In this document: one piece after another, positions 16,817 through 27,382 of the stretch | Layout of the letters: each line of letters begins with the position of its first letter | How positions within the stretch are numbered: the stretch's first letter is position 1 | NCBI GenBank assembly: GCA_965662895.1 | Contig: CBFIJH010000001.1 | Location: 96,001 to 160,000 of the forward strand | DNA: 64,000 nt | From: Candidatus Poseidoniaceae archaeon | Lineage (GTDB): Archaea > Thermoplasmatota > Poseidoniia > Poseidoniales > Poseidoniaceae | Reading direction: 5' to 3' | Program-made: the position numbers and the translations under genes | The notes under the pieces: model-generated | Told to the model about the DNA's origin: nothing | Database searches by the model: none | Seen by the model: the letters and a program-made list of their open reading frames with translations, nothing else

Positions 16817-19101
16817 TCCTCTTCAGATTGTGAATCTTCTGAAGTGGAAAGAGATACCTCAATCCATTTTGATGTTGGCGTGTTGGAAATGCTTGCTGTC
16901 GAATCAATGGGAACGAGTTCATTTGCTTCTGGGAAATAGGCTGCCAGATTACCACGTGGAATTTCATAAGGAACGACTATCCAATCATTCGAATGGCGTG
17001 TAGCGGTATCGAAATGACTCGTCATGTGTACAACATCCCTTGATTTGATTCCCCTTTCTGACATGTCGAGTGCGTTCATGAAAACGATACGACGGTTGCC
17101 ATGGACACCCCGATATCGATCATGAAGCCCATAGATTGTTGTGTTGTACTGGTCGTGGCTACGGATGGTCATCAGTACATATCTGTTCTGGTTTACTTGC
17201 AGATTCGGTAATTCGTGGACAGTAAAATGAGCCTTACCAGATTTAGTGTTAAAGGTACATTGATCTCTCGGGGGGTTCGGAAGCAAAAAACCATTTTCTT
17301 GACGAACGCGATTGTTGTAATTGTCAAATCCTTCTAGCGCCACAGCCATTATGTCGCGAATGTAATCATAATTATCTTTGCATTTCTCCCAGTTCAACAG
17401 TTCAGGACAAAGGCGCATACCGAGTTGTGCAACAAGCGATGGTTCGCTCATCAACATGCTTGATGTTGGTTTCATTGAGCCCTTCGAGCGGTGTACGACC
17501 CCCATTGAGTTTTCAACTGTGACAAACTGTTCACCTGAACTTTGGACATCTTTTTCTGTTCGGCCAAGAACTGGAAGTATGAGTGCTGTTTTGCCTGTTA
17601 CAAGATGACTTCGATTTAATTTCGTTGAAATCTGTACCGTTAAGCCAACATTCTGTAGAGCTTGGGCTGTGTAACGTGTATCCGGTGTTGCAGATAGGAA
17701 GTTTCCTCCCATGGCGAGAAATACATCGACCTTTCCAGAATGCATAGCATGAATGGCATGAACAACGTCATAGCCATGTTCCTTGGGCATCTTAAATCCA
17801 AGCTCGGTCTCCAACTTCTGTAAGAACGAGTCACTTGGCGCCTCCCATATTCCAACCGTTCGATCTCCTTGCACATTCGAATGGCCACGAACTGGACAAA
17901 GACCAGCCCCTTTGCGCCCAATGTGGCCGCCCATGAGCAAAAGATTCACCACTTCTTGAATCACTTGTACACCATTTCTGTGTTGTGTCAATCCCATAGC
18001 CCAGCATGCAATCGTAGCATTGGATTCTTTGCACATGGATGCAATGGTTTGAATCATTTCGCGTGATATTCCTGAGTCTTGTTCAATACGACTCCAAGGA
18101 ACATTGGAGAGGGATGATCTTAATGCATTTAATCCGATTGTTTTATTTTCAATGAAATTTTTGTCAATCGAATTTGAATGGAGGATTTCCTTCATTACGC
18201 CCTTAAGCAATGCCGCATCGCCGCCAATTCGAACCGGTACGTACAGGTCTGCGAGTTGAGTGGATTGAAAATCTGCAACCATGTAATCCTGGGGGTGCTT
18301 GAACCGTTGAAGGCCTGTTTCAGGTAATGGATTGATGCTGATTATTTTCGCTCCGTTCTTTTTTGCATCCCGCAAGGCAGTTAGCATACGGGGATGATTT
18401 GTTCCAGGGTTTTGTCCAATAACGAGAATAAGATCGGAATGATTGAAATCTTCCAAATGTACGGTCCCTTTTCCAATTCCTATTGTCTCGACGAGTGCCT
18501 TACCGCTCGATTCGTGGCACATGTTGGAACAATCTGGAAGATTGTTTGTTCCCAATCCACGGACAAGAGCTTGGTAAAGGAACGCAGCTTCATTTGACGT
18601 GCGTCCGGATGTGTAGTATACACCGCGATGTGGAGAATCCATCGACTGAATCACACTGGAAATGACATCGAGTGCCTCTTCCCAGTCAATGGGCTTGTAG
18701 TGCGTAGCATTTTGTTCAAGAATCATTGGTTGCGCTATGCGCCCTTGACTGTTCAACCAGTAATCTGATTTCTTCAACAACTCATCCACAGAGTATTTTG
18801 CGAAAAACTTGGCGTTTACCTTGGCTTTCATCGCTTCATCGGCTACTGCTTTCGCACCATTTTCACAGAATTCGAAAGAAGTTCTGTGTTCGGGATCAGG
18901 CCAAGCACAACCAGGACAATCAAATCCATTTTTTTGATTGATGGTAAGCAGTGTGCGAACTGTTTTTGTTACGCCCATTTTGCGAATTCCGTGGTTCAGG
19001 GATGATACAGCAGCGGGTATACCAGCTGCTGACTTTTTGACGCTTGAAAGACGTAATTTTGTCCTGTCAGGGGGTGTTGTCCCATCTACCACCTCATCCA
19101 T
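16813..19101 (-). CDS. FdhF/YdeP family molybdopterin oxidoreductase
   Basis: GFDCPGCAWPD, EFCENGAKAVA, YTSGRTSNEAA, NNLPDCSNMCHE, RGHSNVQG, RSHDQYNTTIYG. Start 19101 has a TTGATGAG box at -29..-22. Confidence 0.92.
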   Translation of the reverse strand: MDEVVDGTTPPDRTKLRLSSVKKSAAGIPAAVSSLNHGIRKMGVTKTVRTLLTINQKNGFDCPGCAWPDPEHRTSFEFCENGAKAVADEAMKAKVNAKFFAKYSVDELLKKSDYWLNSQGRIAQPMILEQNATHYKPIDWEEALDVISSVIQSMDSPHRGVYYTSGRTSNEAAFLYQALVRGLGTNNLPDCSNMCHESSGKALVETIGIGKGTVHLEDFNHSDLILVIGQNPGTNHPRMLTALRDAKKNGAKIISINPLPETGLQRFKHPQDYMVADFQSTQLADLYVPVRIGGDAALLKGVMKEILHSNSIDKNFIENKTIGLNALRSSLSNVPWSRIEQDSGISREMIQTIASMCKESNATIACWAMGLTQHRNGVQVIQEVVNLLLMGGHIGRKGAGLCPVRGHSNVQGDRTVGIWEAPSDSFLQKLETELGFKMPKEHGYDVVHAIHAMHSGKVDVFLAMGGNFLSATPDTRYTAQALQNVGLTVQISTKLNRSHLVTGKTALILPVLGRTEKDVQSSGEQFVTVENSMGVVHRSKGSMKPTSSMLMSEPSLVAQLGMRLCPELLNWEKCKDNYDYIRDIMAVALEGFDNYNNRVRQENGFLLPNPPRDQCTFNTKSGKAHFTVHELPNLQVNQNRYVLMTIRSHDQYNTTIYGLHDRYRGVHGNRRIVFMNALDMSERGIKSRDVVHMTSHFDTATRHSNDWIVVPYEIPRGNLAAYFPEANELVPIDSTASISNTPTSKWIEVSLSTSEDSQSEEE

Positions 19102-19150
19102 GGCTGATGCAATGCAACCTGACTCATCAATGCTTGGAGCGAATATGAAT

Positions 19151-19930
19151 TTAGATTCCGATTTTCCAAGCTCCTTGCTCTTTAACAAAGGCATAGAGAA
19201 TTATTCTATGCTCCCGTGCGAGTTGGATGGCTGCTGTTGAAAGGGCGCCATAGGATGCGATGGCAGGTATACCCGTACGTACTGCTTTCGCAACGAGATC
19301 CCATCCACATCGTCCCGAGAGTAAGAGCATAGAAGATTGATACTCTTCCATGCCATCAAAAACTGCATGTCCAATGGCCTTGTCGACTGCGTTGTGTCTT
19401 CCAATATCCTCGCACACGTATCGCACACCGTTTTTGAAATCAAAGAAACCTGCACCATGACTTCCTCCACTCATCGTGAACGTATGCATTTTTTGAGTTA
19501 GAGAGGATAAAGCCTCCTGAACAGTTGGTAGGTCTAAATCACGAAATGCATCGCTTCGATTTCGTTTTAGGAAACTGTCGACAAACAAATCAGGATGGTT
19601 GCAGGCTCCACAAGAACTTGTCACAACTCGTTCTTTTGTTGGAATCTCGATTTGTTGGCGATACTCCACAGTGATATGCGGTGATTGTTCAAGGGCAAAA
19701 TCTGATCGATGTATTGGCGACGAGATGTATCCTTCTGCTAACAAATGGCCTGCATGCAATTCGATAAGATTGGTTGGTGTTGCCAAAAGTGTCGTATGCG
19801 TGTACATGTCTCCGAGTGAATTTTTTGCATCGAGTCGAATAGCAGTTTCCTCGACAATTGCCTCTTTTTGCAATCGCAATCCCGAGGTTGTCAATCGTTG
19901 CAAAGGCAATTCCTTCGCACCATTAGTCAT
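19151..19930 (-). CDS. fdhD: Formate dehydrogenase accessory sulfurtransferase FdhD
   Basis: SSCGAC, GGSHGAG, EDIGRHNAVDKAIG, LSGR; adjacent to the YdeP-like gene. Confidence 0.88.
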   Translation of the reverse strand: MTNGAKELPLQRLTTSGLRLQKEAIVEETAIRLDAKNSLGDMYTHTTLLATPTNLIELHAGHLLAEGYISSPIHRSDFALEQSPHITVEYRQQIEIPTKERVVTSSCGACNHPDLFVDSFLKRNRSDAFRDLDLPTVQEALSSLTQKMHTFTMSGGSHGAGFFDFKNGVRYVCEDIGRHNAVDKAIGHAVFDGMEEYQSSMLLLSGRCGWDLVAKAVRTGIPAIASYGALSTAAIQLAREHRIILYAFVKEQGAWKIGI

Positions 19931-20465
19931 ACGGTTCAACCTCAATATCAAAAAATTCAAACTGCAAGGAGACAAGTTCTGCAGAACTTTTCGCTTCTGC
20001 ATAAGCAATTAACGGCTCTTGGTTGAGTTCAAAAAACCGTTCGCCCCATCGGAATTTGCTCAACAATTCACGCGCCTGGTCATCTCGCCCCATCAAAACA
20101 AGGGATGCAGCAAGTGCTTCGACCGTCGTTAGTTTTCCAGGTTTCCCCCAGTTAACAGGATTGGCTGCGAGTAACAATGGTAGCATTCGTGGTTGCAACC
20201 GAGTTTTTCTCATGACGCGCTCGACAGATTCCTCGATCTGCGCCCAAGAGCAATCAAGTCCGACGAGCGCTCCATTTCTCTCAAAAACCTCCCTGTCCTC
20301 TGGACCAAGTACCTTTCCGCAAAGTGGTTCAAGGATGATTCCTCGCCTTGGTAGGCGTTTGAAATCTTTGTGCAATCGCAATAAATTATCCCTAGATGCA
20401 CGAACGGCTGTATTTTTTTTGGGGTCATCCTGTGCCAACCATAAGGCATGAACGGCGATATCCAT
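19923..20465 (-). CDS. tsr3: 16S rRNA aminocarboxypropyltransferase Tsr3 (DUF367)
   Basis: DDPKKNT, LDCSW, RMLPLLLAANPVNWGKPGKLTTVEALAA, FRWGERFFELN. Confidence 0.9.
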   Translation of the reverse strand: MDIAVHALWLAQDDPKKNTAVRASRDNLLRLHKDFKRLPRRGIILEPLCGKVLGPEDREVFERNGALVGLDCSWAQIEESVERVMRKTRLQPRMLPLLLAANPVNWGKPGKLTTVEALAASLVLMGRDDQARELLSKFRWGERFFELNQEPLIAYAEAKSSAELVSLQFEFFDIEVEPYD

Positions 20466-20469
20466 GAAC

Positions 20470-20961
20470 TCACCGAAGATCTTTCAGGTAATCGCCGATA
20501 GTCATCCCGCGACTGTTTGAGTTTTGTCCGAGCATTGCTTGGTGCTCCTTCGAAGAATCAACCATAAGTTCGATACCAAGAATCATTTCAAATTTCTTTA
20601 CAACGGCATCGGTTGGTGGTTTTCCTGATTCTGCAGATTTGATGACATTGATTGTTTCTGCCATTCGTTGACCCAATTGTGTTTGTGTCCAATTTTTCGA
20701 TTCACGGGCTGCTATGATCCTTCGAGAAAAATCACTTGCGAGTTCTTTTTCCTGTTTGTTCATGATGTTGTTTTTGCGAAAAGTACGTTGTTGTGGTTTG
20801 CTGGAGGGAACTCGCCGAGCACGTGCGAGACCAGGTGCTTCTTCTTTGGGTGCTAGGTTCATCTGTTGAACACACTTTGGACAAATTGCTAACATTGCCT
20901 TGTTCACTCGATGCTCACGTGTTGAAACTTTGGTTGCTCCACATAACTCGCAATCACCCAT
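20470..20961 (-). CDS. mbf1: Archaeal multiprotein-bridging factor aMBF1
   Basis: N-terminal CELCG...CPKC Zn-ribbon, Cro-type HTH (ARESKNWTQTQLG...ESG), C-terminal TIGD. Confidence 0.88.
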   Translation of the reverse strand: MGDCELCGATKVSTREHRVNKAMLAICPKCVQQMNLAPKEEAPGLARARRVPSSKPQQRTFRKNNIMNKQEKELASDFSRRIIAARESKNWTQTQLGQRMAETINVIKSAESGKPPTDAVVKKFEMILGIELMVDSSKEHQAMLGQNSNSRGMTIGDYLKDLR

Positions 20962-21069
20962 TATATCCCCATTGATTGCTCTTGAAGCCATTAGATGAAC
21001 CCTTCGTTGTTATCGCATTGATGCAACGATGTATTGATGAACTGTAGACACGAGGGCAGAACGGTTGCG

Positions 21070-22290
21070 ATGGGTACTGAAGTCGACAGAAATTCAGAGT
21101 CAATGAAGAACCATCGAGATGATGATTTTCAAAAATTGGAACAGGAATACAAAACACTCCAAGAAATGACACAAGAACTCATCAGTGAGCGAACACATAT
21201 CGAATCGGAACTTCGAAATCTGAAAAAGCAAGCAGGTAGGCTAGAAGAGGAAGTTCGTCACTTGCGTGCACCGCCACTTATCGTTGGAACGTTGCAAGAT
21301 GTTCTCGATCCTGAACGTGCCATCGTCAGATCATCAAACGGAACAGTTTTCCAAGTATCGTTGAACCAACGACTCGATCCTGAATTCCTTAAACCCGGCA
21401 CGAGAGTTGCATTAAACCAAGATTCACTCTCCCTCGTCGAAGTGCTGCACGATGCTTGGGATCCCATTGTAAGTGGTTCTGAGATGGTTGAGAGGCCTGA
21501 CATTTCTTATGACATGGTCGCAGGTCTCGACGATGAAATTCTTTCCGTGAGGGAGGCAATTGAGTTGCCGCTAACAAAACCAAAATTATTCCACAAAGTA
21601 GGAATTAAGCCACCAAAAGGCGTTTTGCTTGTCGGTCCACCAGGGTGCGGAAAGACACTACTCGCCAAAGCTGTTGCTCATCATACAAATGCTACATTTA
21701 TTCGCATGGTCGGTTCCGAACTCGCGCAAAAATACATTGGTGAAGGAGGACGTTTGGTCCGGGAATTGTTTTCCCTCGCAAAGGACAAATCGCCATCAAT
21801 CATTTTCCTCGATGAAATCGATGCAATAGGTGCCAAAAGATTGGATGGTTCGACGAGTGGAGACCGTGAAGTGCAACGAACCCTGATGCAATTGTTAGCG
21901 GAACTGGATGGATTCGATGAGTTGGAACATGTAAAAATCATAGCCGCTACAAACCGGCCTGATATTCTCGATGATGCTTTGCTTCGGCCAGGACGATTCG
22001 ATCGTATTATCGAGATACCTATACCGGACGAGAGTTCACGCTTGGCAATCCTGAAACTTCATCTTGCTAGCATGAATACGAAAGGCGTACGAGTACAAGC
22101 CATTGCAAAAGCAACAAATGGATTTAGTGGTGCAGAATTGAAAGCAACCTGCGTCGAAGCAGGAATGATTGCTATACGCTCTGAACGGGGAATTGTAGGT
22201 CATAAAGATGTAGCGCAGGCTGTCGAACGCATCAACAAAAAGAAATCACAATCTGGAGCCACCTCATCACCCGATGGTTTGTATGGATGA
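21070..22290 (+). CDS. pan: Proteasome-activating nucleotidase
   Basis: Coiled coil + OB domain, GPPGCGKT, pore loop KYIGEG, IFLDEIDA, ATNRPDILDDALLRPGRFDR, C-terminal HbYX motif LYG. Confidence 0.95.
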   Translation: MGTEVDRNSESMKNHRDDDFQKLEQEYKTLQEMTQELISERTHIESELRNLKKQAGRLEEEVRHLRAPPLIVGTLQDVLDPERAIVRSSNGTVFQVSLNQRLDPEFLKPGTRVALNQDSLSLVEVLHDAWDPIVSGSEMVERPDISYDMVAGLDDEILSVREAIELPLTKPKLFHKVGIKPPKGVLLVGPPGCGKTLLAKAVAHHTNATFIRMVGSELAQKYIGEGGRLVRELFSLAKDKSPSIIFLDEIDAIGAKRLDGSTSGDREVQRTLMQLLAELDGFDELEHVKIIAATNRPDILDDALLRPGRFDRIIEIPIPDESSRLAILKLHLASMNTKGVRVQAIAKATNGFSGAELKATCVEAGMIAIRSERGIVGHKDVAQAVERINKKKSQSGATSSPDGLYG

Positions 22291-22329
22291 TATGTGAATG
22301 TTCAAAGTCCGACTCACGAACCGTCGTGT

Positions 22330-23364
22330 ATGACAAGCACCATTGTAGAATGTGTTCCGAACATATCTGAAGGACGAGATTCTGAAAAAATATACAGAAT
22401 TGTCGATGCTGCCCGTCGCCAAGGTGTGAAAATACTCGGTGTCGAACCCGATCCTGATTACAACAGGACTGTAATCACATTTGCAGGAAACCCGGAATCC
22501 GTTGAACAAGCTGCAACATGTCTCATTGAGAAAGCAATTGATGAAATCGATATGCGCAACCATACTGGAGAGCATCCTCGAATGGGTTGCGTTGATGTTT
22601 GCCCCTTTATACCAATAAAGGGCATTACCATGGAGCAATGTGCAGAAATGGCTCGTCGCGTTGCACATAATATTTCAAAAAATGAAGTTCCGGTCTTTCT
22701 CTACGGCTTTGCTGCTACTTCCGAAGATCGAACCTCACTTTCAACATTAAGGAAAGGAGAATACGAAGGATTGAAAGATCGATTGAATCAATGTTCAACG
22801 ATTCATGGTGATGCAACATCCCTGCCTGACCTTGGGTCATTTGAGTGGACTGAAAAGTCGCAGAAAAGTGGTGGAATTACAATCGGTGCGAGAGATATTC
22901 TCTTGGCCTACAATGTGAATATCGATGATGCAGACCCCTATGTTGCGCAGCAGATTGGCTCTATTGTGCGCAGTTCTGGACGTTTGTTGAAATCAACGGA
23001 TGGTGAGCGACGATTTCGCACGAAAGGTCTCCTCATGCATGTGCAAGGCATGGGTGTCCCTCTCGAGACGCACCAAATTAGCCAAGTGTCAATGAATCTA
23101 CAAAATTACAGAATAACAAATCTGCATCATGCATTTGATACAATCGATAGTCTTTGCAAGAACATGAACAGTTCAACCAAAGGAAGTGAAATCGTTGGCT
23201 TGGTTCCACTTGATTCGATGGTCCAAGCGGGCAAATGGTACGGTGGAGAAGACCGAAGTGAATCCGAATATATTGAACTTGCAATAGCAAAATTGGGGTT
23301 GGATTCGATCAACAAATTTGAACCGAAAGAGCGAATTATCGAATATGCAATGATGGAGGAATAA
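22330..23364 (+). CDS. ftcD: Glutamate formiminotransferase
   Basis: VECVPNISEGRD, DPDYNRTV, IDMRNHTGEHPRMGCVDVCPF, GAR, QVSMNL, SEIVGLVP. Confidence 0.92.
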   Translation: MTSTIVECVPNISEGRDSEKIYRIVDAARRQGVKILGVEPDPDYNRTVITFAGNPESVEQAATCLIEKAIDEIDMRNHTGEHPRMGCVDVCPFIPIKGITMEQCAEMARRVAHNISKNEVPVFLYGFAATSEDRTSLSTLRKGEYEGLKDRLNQCSTIHGDATSLPDLGSFEWTEKSQKSGGITIGARDILLAYNVNIDDADPYVAQQIGSIVRSSGRLLKSTDGERRFRTKGLLMHVQGMGVPLETHQISQVSMNLQNYRITNLHHAFDTIDSLCKNMNSSTKGSEIVGLVPLDSMVQAGKWYGGEDRSESEYIELAIAKLGLDSINKFEPKERIIEYAMMEE

Positions 23365-23367
23365 AGT

Positions 23368-24000
23368 ATGAGTTGGGCGAATAAATCCTTACGAGAATTC
23401 CAAGACGCACTTGCAAGCGACGCACCAACTCCGGGAGGCGGTTCTGCCGTTGGAGTAGCACTTGGGCAAGCTGCCGCATTGTCAATAATGGTCAGTGACC
23501 TCACACTATCAAACGAAAAGTTCGCCGACGGATGGGCGGTTGCAGAACGTGTAAAGAATATTGGAATTCCTTTACTTCATCGAGGCTTGGATTTAGCCAT
23601 CGATGACAGCGATGCGTTCGATGCAGTCGTGAATTCTTTTCGACTACCGAAAGAAACTGAAGATGAGAAAAATCAGCGCAAACTTGCAATCCGTCAAGCA
23701 ACCTTAGGTGCAGCCGAAGTTCCATATCAAACGGCGTTGGCTGCACTTGAATTACTTCAGTACCTTCCAGAGTTAGCTGAAAAAGGGAACGGTAATGCTG
23801 CTTCTGATGCAGGTGTTGCTGGATTGTTGGCTTCAGCAGCGCTCAAGGGTGCTGTGTTTAATGTCCAGATCAATCTTCAATCATTACCAGACGATTATGG
23901 AGTTGAGATGCGGGAAAACCTACCGTCAATAATCGAAGATGGTCGAATTTATTCGAGGAAATGCATGGACGCGGTACGTATGCAGTTATCGGACAGTTGA
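23368..24000 (+). CDS. Formiminotetrahydrofolate cyclodeaminase
   Basis: LASDAPTPGGGS, DSDAFD, GNGNAASDA, NVQINL; directly follows the formiminotransferase. Confidence 0.9.
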   Translation: MSWANKSLREFQDALASDAPTPGGGSAVGVALGQAAALSIMVSDLTLSNEKFADGWAVAERVKNIGIPLLHRGLDLAIDDSDAFDAVVNSFRLPKETEDEKNQRKLAIRQATLGAAEVPYQTALAALELLQYLPELAEKGNGNAASDAGVAGLLASAALKGAVFNVQINLQSLPDDYGVEMRENLPSIIEDGRIYSRKCMDAVRMQLSDS

Positions 24001-26229
24001 ACCAGTCGTGATTTCACCATCAATTGTGATGAGTTTTACAGTTCCATCGTTATCGTCTGCTGCTAACATCATACCTTCACTAACAACGCCGCGGAGCGGG
24101 CGCGGTTTCAAATTCGCAACAAAAACGACGAACTTGTTGGTTAGTTCTGCCTCTGTATAGTATTCTTTTATGCCTGCACAAATTGTACGGCCATCTTCAC
24201 TTCCATCATCCAAATGGACAACATACAATCGATCTGCATTCGGATGGTTTTCGACTTTGGTAATTCGACCAACCTTAAGTTCAACTTTCATGAAGGTATC
24301 AAAATCAAGATATTCAATACCTTCTGGGGCTTCTTCTTTCATATTCTTCTTCTCCTTTTTCCCACCTTTGACGGCATGAATAACATTTTTCGATTCTTTT
24401 CCATCATCAACCAACGACTGTTCCTCCTGAACAATTTCTTCCACATCGAGTCGTTTGAACAGTGGCTCATAGGTAGGCAAAATGTCTGGGACAGAAACAG
24501 TCCAATTCGTTGCATCATGCCAAGATGTTTTCTCTATTTCATGGCTTATTCCAAGCATATTCCAGAGTCTCTTTGCACTGAACGGTAAGAAGGGTTGAGT
24601 GACAACAGCGAGATAGCGACAGATTCTCCAACCGAATGCCAGTGATGAGAGAGATTCGAAGCGACCTTCAGAATCTTTTTCAGATTTCAGATGTTTCCAG
24701 GGCATAGCGGATTGCAAGAGTTGGTTCCCGTGTTGTGCGGCAGTCATTGCCGTTCGTAATGCCTCTTTGTATCGATGCTTTTCGAGTGAGGTTGTCATGT
24801 TGGAGTGCAACTGCTCAAGCGTTGAGCATAATTCTGAATGAATATCAACGCTGTCGAATGCGGAAAGGGATTCGCCTCCGGGCGTATCTGGCAACCGTGA
24901 TGAGAGAGAAAGGACCCGATTCACAAAATTACCATATGTAGCGATGAGTTCATTGTTTATGCGGTCAACAAATTCATTCCAGGTAAAGTCCGTATCATGG
25001 GACTCGGGCATATTGATGCTGAGGTAATATCTCAACGTGTCTGGATCAAATCGTTCAAGGAAGGAAGGAAGCCAAATGGCATGCTTCCTCGATTTCGAAA
25101 ATTGACCACCGGCAAGCATGAGATATTCCATTGCAGGTACATTGTCTTCCAGGCGCAGGTCGCCATTCATTGGCAAGGTAATTGCGTCATCTGCAGTTTT
25201 TCCGTTTCGTGCATGATTAAGACCCATGAGAATAGCAGGCCATATTACTGTATGGAAAGGGACGTTGTCCTTGCCTAAGAAATAATAATGCCGTTGGTTT
25301 TTTTCAGAATCTTCGATCCACCAATCTTCCCAAGATTTTGTTGTAGCAAAAGATTCCGACCAAATTTGTGAACACGTAAGATAGCCTTGAACAGCTTCGA
25401 ACCAAACGTAAATACACTTGCCTATCCATTCATCCCCTTCAAGTGGAACTTCAATGCCCCATTCTAAATCTCGAGTGACTGCTCTCGGTCGCAATCCCAT
25501 ATCGAGCCATTGTTTCGTCATAGCCCGAACATTTGGTTTCCAAAATTGGTGATTGTTTGCTGCATGCTGTTCAAGTGCATTTTGAAACAAATCAAGACGA
25601 TAAAAAAGATGCTCAGTATCTCGAATCTCAACCGTCAATTCTGGATTCATCTTTGAAACAGGATTTTTGAGTTCCGTTGACTCATACGTTGCTCCACACG
25701 AATCACATTGGTCACCACGTGCGCCCTCTGCTCCACATGCAGGACATGTGCCTTCGATGTAGCGATCTGGTAGGAATCTACCTCCACCACCTGGATGAAT
25801 TTCAAAATACTGCTGCATTGTTCTCTTTTCAAAAAATCCTGCATTGTACAGCAATGAAAAATTTTCTTGAACATTTTCTTTGTGTCGTGGGTCGCTCGTT
25901 CGATTGAACAGTGAACCACCGTACTCAGCTCCACGCTGATCTATGTTCGGCATCCAAGTGCATCCTAAATCAAGCAATGCTTGTGCATTCACGTCGTGAA
26001 ATTCATCGACAATGCTTTGTGGGGAAACCCCTTCTTGTTCTGCAGTGACAGTAATTGGTGTTCCATGTTCATCTGAACCGGAGACCATTAAAACTCGATT
26101 TCCACGAGACCGTTCAAATCGTGCATAAATATCAGGGGGGAGATAACATCCGGCTACATGGCCTAAATGGAGTGGCCCATTTGCGTATGGCCATGCTACG
26201 CAAACCAGAACATGGTCGCCATCCGACAT
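23986..26229 (-). CDS. metG: Methionine--tRNA ligase with C-terminal Trbp111/EMAP domain
   Basis: WPYANGPLHLGH, GSDEHG, CPAC/CDSC knuckle, YVWFEA, GKDNVPFH, FSKS; C-terminal VANLKPRPLRGVVSEGM. Confidence 0.96.
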   Translation of the reverse strand: MSDGDHVLVCVAWPYANGPLHLGHVAGCYLPPDIYARFERSRGNRVLMVSGSDEHGTPITVTAEQEGVSPQSIVDEFHDVNAQALLDLGCTWMPNIDQRGAEYGGSLFNRTSDPRHKENVQENFSLLYNAGFFEKRTMQQYFEIHPGGGGRFLPDRYIEGTCPACGAEGARGDQCDSCGATYESTELKNPVSKMNPELTVEIRDTEHLFYRLDLFQNALEQHAANNHQFWKPNVRAMTKQWLDMGLRPRAVTRDLEWGIEVPLEGDEWIGKCIYVWFEAVQGYLTCSQIWSESFATTKSWEDWWIEDSEKNQRHYYFLGKDNVPFHTVIWPAILMGLNHARNGKTADDAITLPMNGDLRLEDNVPAMEYLMLAGGQFSKSRKHAIWLPSFLERFDPDTLRYYLSINMPESHDTDFTWNEFVDRINNELIATYGNFVNRVLSLSSRLPDTPGGESLSAFDSVDIHSELCSTLEQLHSNMTTSLEKHRYKEALRTAMTAAQHGNQLLQSAMPWKHLKSEKDSEGRFESLSSLAFGWRICRYLAVVTQPFLPFSAKRLWNMLGISHEIEKTSWHDATNWTVSVPDILPTYEPLFKRLDVEEIVQEEQSLVDDGKESKNVIHAVKGGKKEKKNMKEEAPEGIEYLDFDTFMKVELKVGRITKVENHPNADRLYVVHLDDGSEDGRTICAGIKEYYTEAELTNKFVVFVANLKPRPLRGVVSEGMMLAADDNDGTVKLITIDGEITTGSTVR

Positions 26230-26347
26230 GTTTAATCCTAACACCCATTGATTTTCAAACCAACCCATGAGGCCGTAACAAAACAACATTTTCAAGAAGC
26301 ATGAGGTACTGGGTCAACCATCCAACGGACAGGAGTTCACGTTCAAC

Positions 26348-27382
26348 ATGGACCTAACTTTACTCATTTTTTATACAATACTTGCTCTTGGCGTCTCGTT
26401 CTTATGCTCAATCCTTGAGGCTGTTGTCCTCTCCATTCCAAATACCCAAGTAGCAGTATGGGAAAAAGATGGAAATAGGCGCGGAGAATTATGGAGCAAA
26501 CTCAAAGCTGATGATGCTGTAAAGCCTCTTACTGCAATTTTGACTCTGAACACAATCGCCCATACGATGGGGGCTGCTGGTGTTGGTTCAGAGGTGCAAA
26601 ACCAATTAGGTAATGAATATCTTACCATCGCATCCGTCGTCCTAACACTGGCTGTCTTATTCCTCTCTGAAATTATTCCAAAGACCCTGGGAACTGCTTA
26701 CTGGCGTCAACTTTCACTGTTTACTGGGATTGTTTTAAACTCAATAACAATCGTTCTGGCCTTCCTTATCGTCCCGATTCAATGGATGAAGAAAGTTCTG
26801 CCAAGTGCTGATGGGCAATTGGTAACACGTGATGATTTGGTCGCTCTTGCAGATTTAGGCGAAGAGGAAGGTGCGCTAATGGAAGATGAAGAAACGGTCA
26901 TTCACAACCTCCTTCGATTGCGAGAAATTCCCATCACTGAAATCATGACGCCGCGTGTTGTTGTGACTGCGCTACAACAGGATAAAACGATCAAAGAGGT
27001 CCTTGAAGAGTTCCCAGTCCTCCGATTTTCTCGGATTCCAGTATATTCTGAAAAAATCGACGACATACAAGGGTTGGTTATACGTTCTGAACTTCTCGTT
27101 TCTGCGAGCCGTGACGAATGGGATCGCAAAGTTGTTGAATTCATGAAACCCGTTGAATTCATATCGACAAACGAAAACGTCGATGCTGCCCTTGAGATGT
27201 TTCTTGATCGGCGACAACAGTTCGCCGTTGTTCAGGATGAATTTAGTGGAACATCAGGAATCATCACAATGGAAGATGTCATCGAGACTCTCCTCGGCGA
27301 AGAAATCGTTGACGAGCTCGATGAAGTTGATGATATGCGGGAATTAGCTCGAGAGAAAGCGGAATCAGGAGAAGAAGAGTGA
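26348..27382 (+). CDS. CNNM/CorB-like (DUF21 + CBS pair) membrane protein
   Basis: SFLCSILEA, ILTLNTIAHT, SEIIPKT, IMTPR, FSRIPVY, VQDEF..GIITMEDVIE. Confidence 0.9.
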   Translation: MDLTLLIFYTILALGVSFLCSILEAVVLSIPNTQVAVWEKDGNRRGELWSKLKADDAVKPLTAILTLNTIAHTMGAAGVGSEVQNQLGNEYLTIASVVLTLAVLFLSEIIPKTLGTAYWRQLSLFTGIVLNSITIVLAFLIVPIQWMKKVLPSADGQLVTRDDLVALADLGEEEGALMEDEETVIHNLLRLREIPITEIMTPRVVVTALQQDKTIKEVLEEFPVLRFSRIPVYSEKIDDIQGLVIRSELLVSASRDEWDRKVVEFMKPVEFISTNENVDAALEMFLDRRQQFAVVQDEFSGTSGIITMEDVIETLLGEEIVDELDEVDDMRELAREKAESGEEE

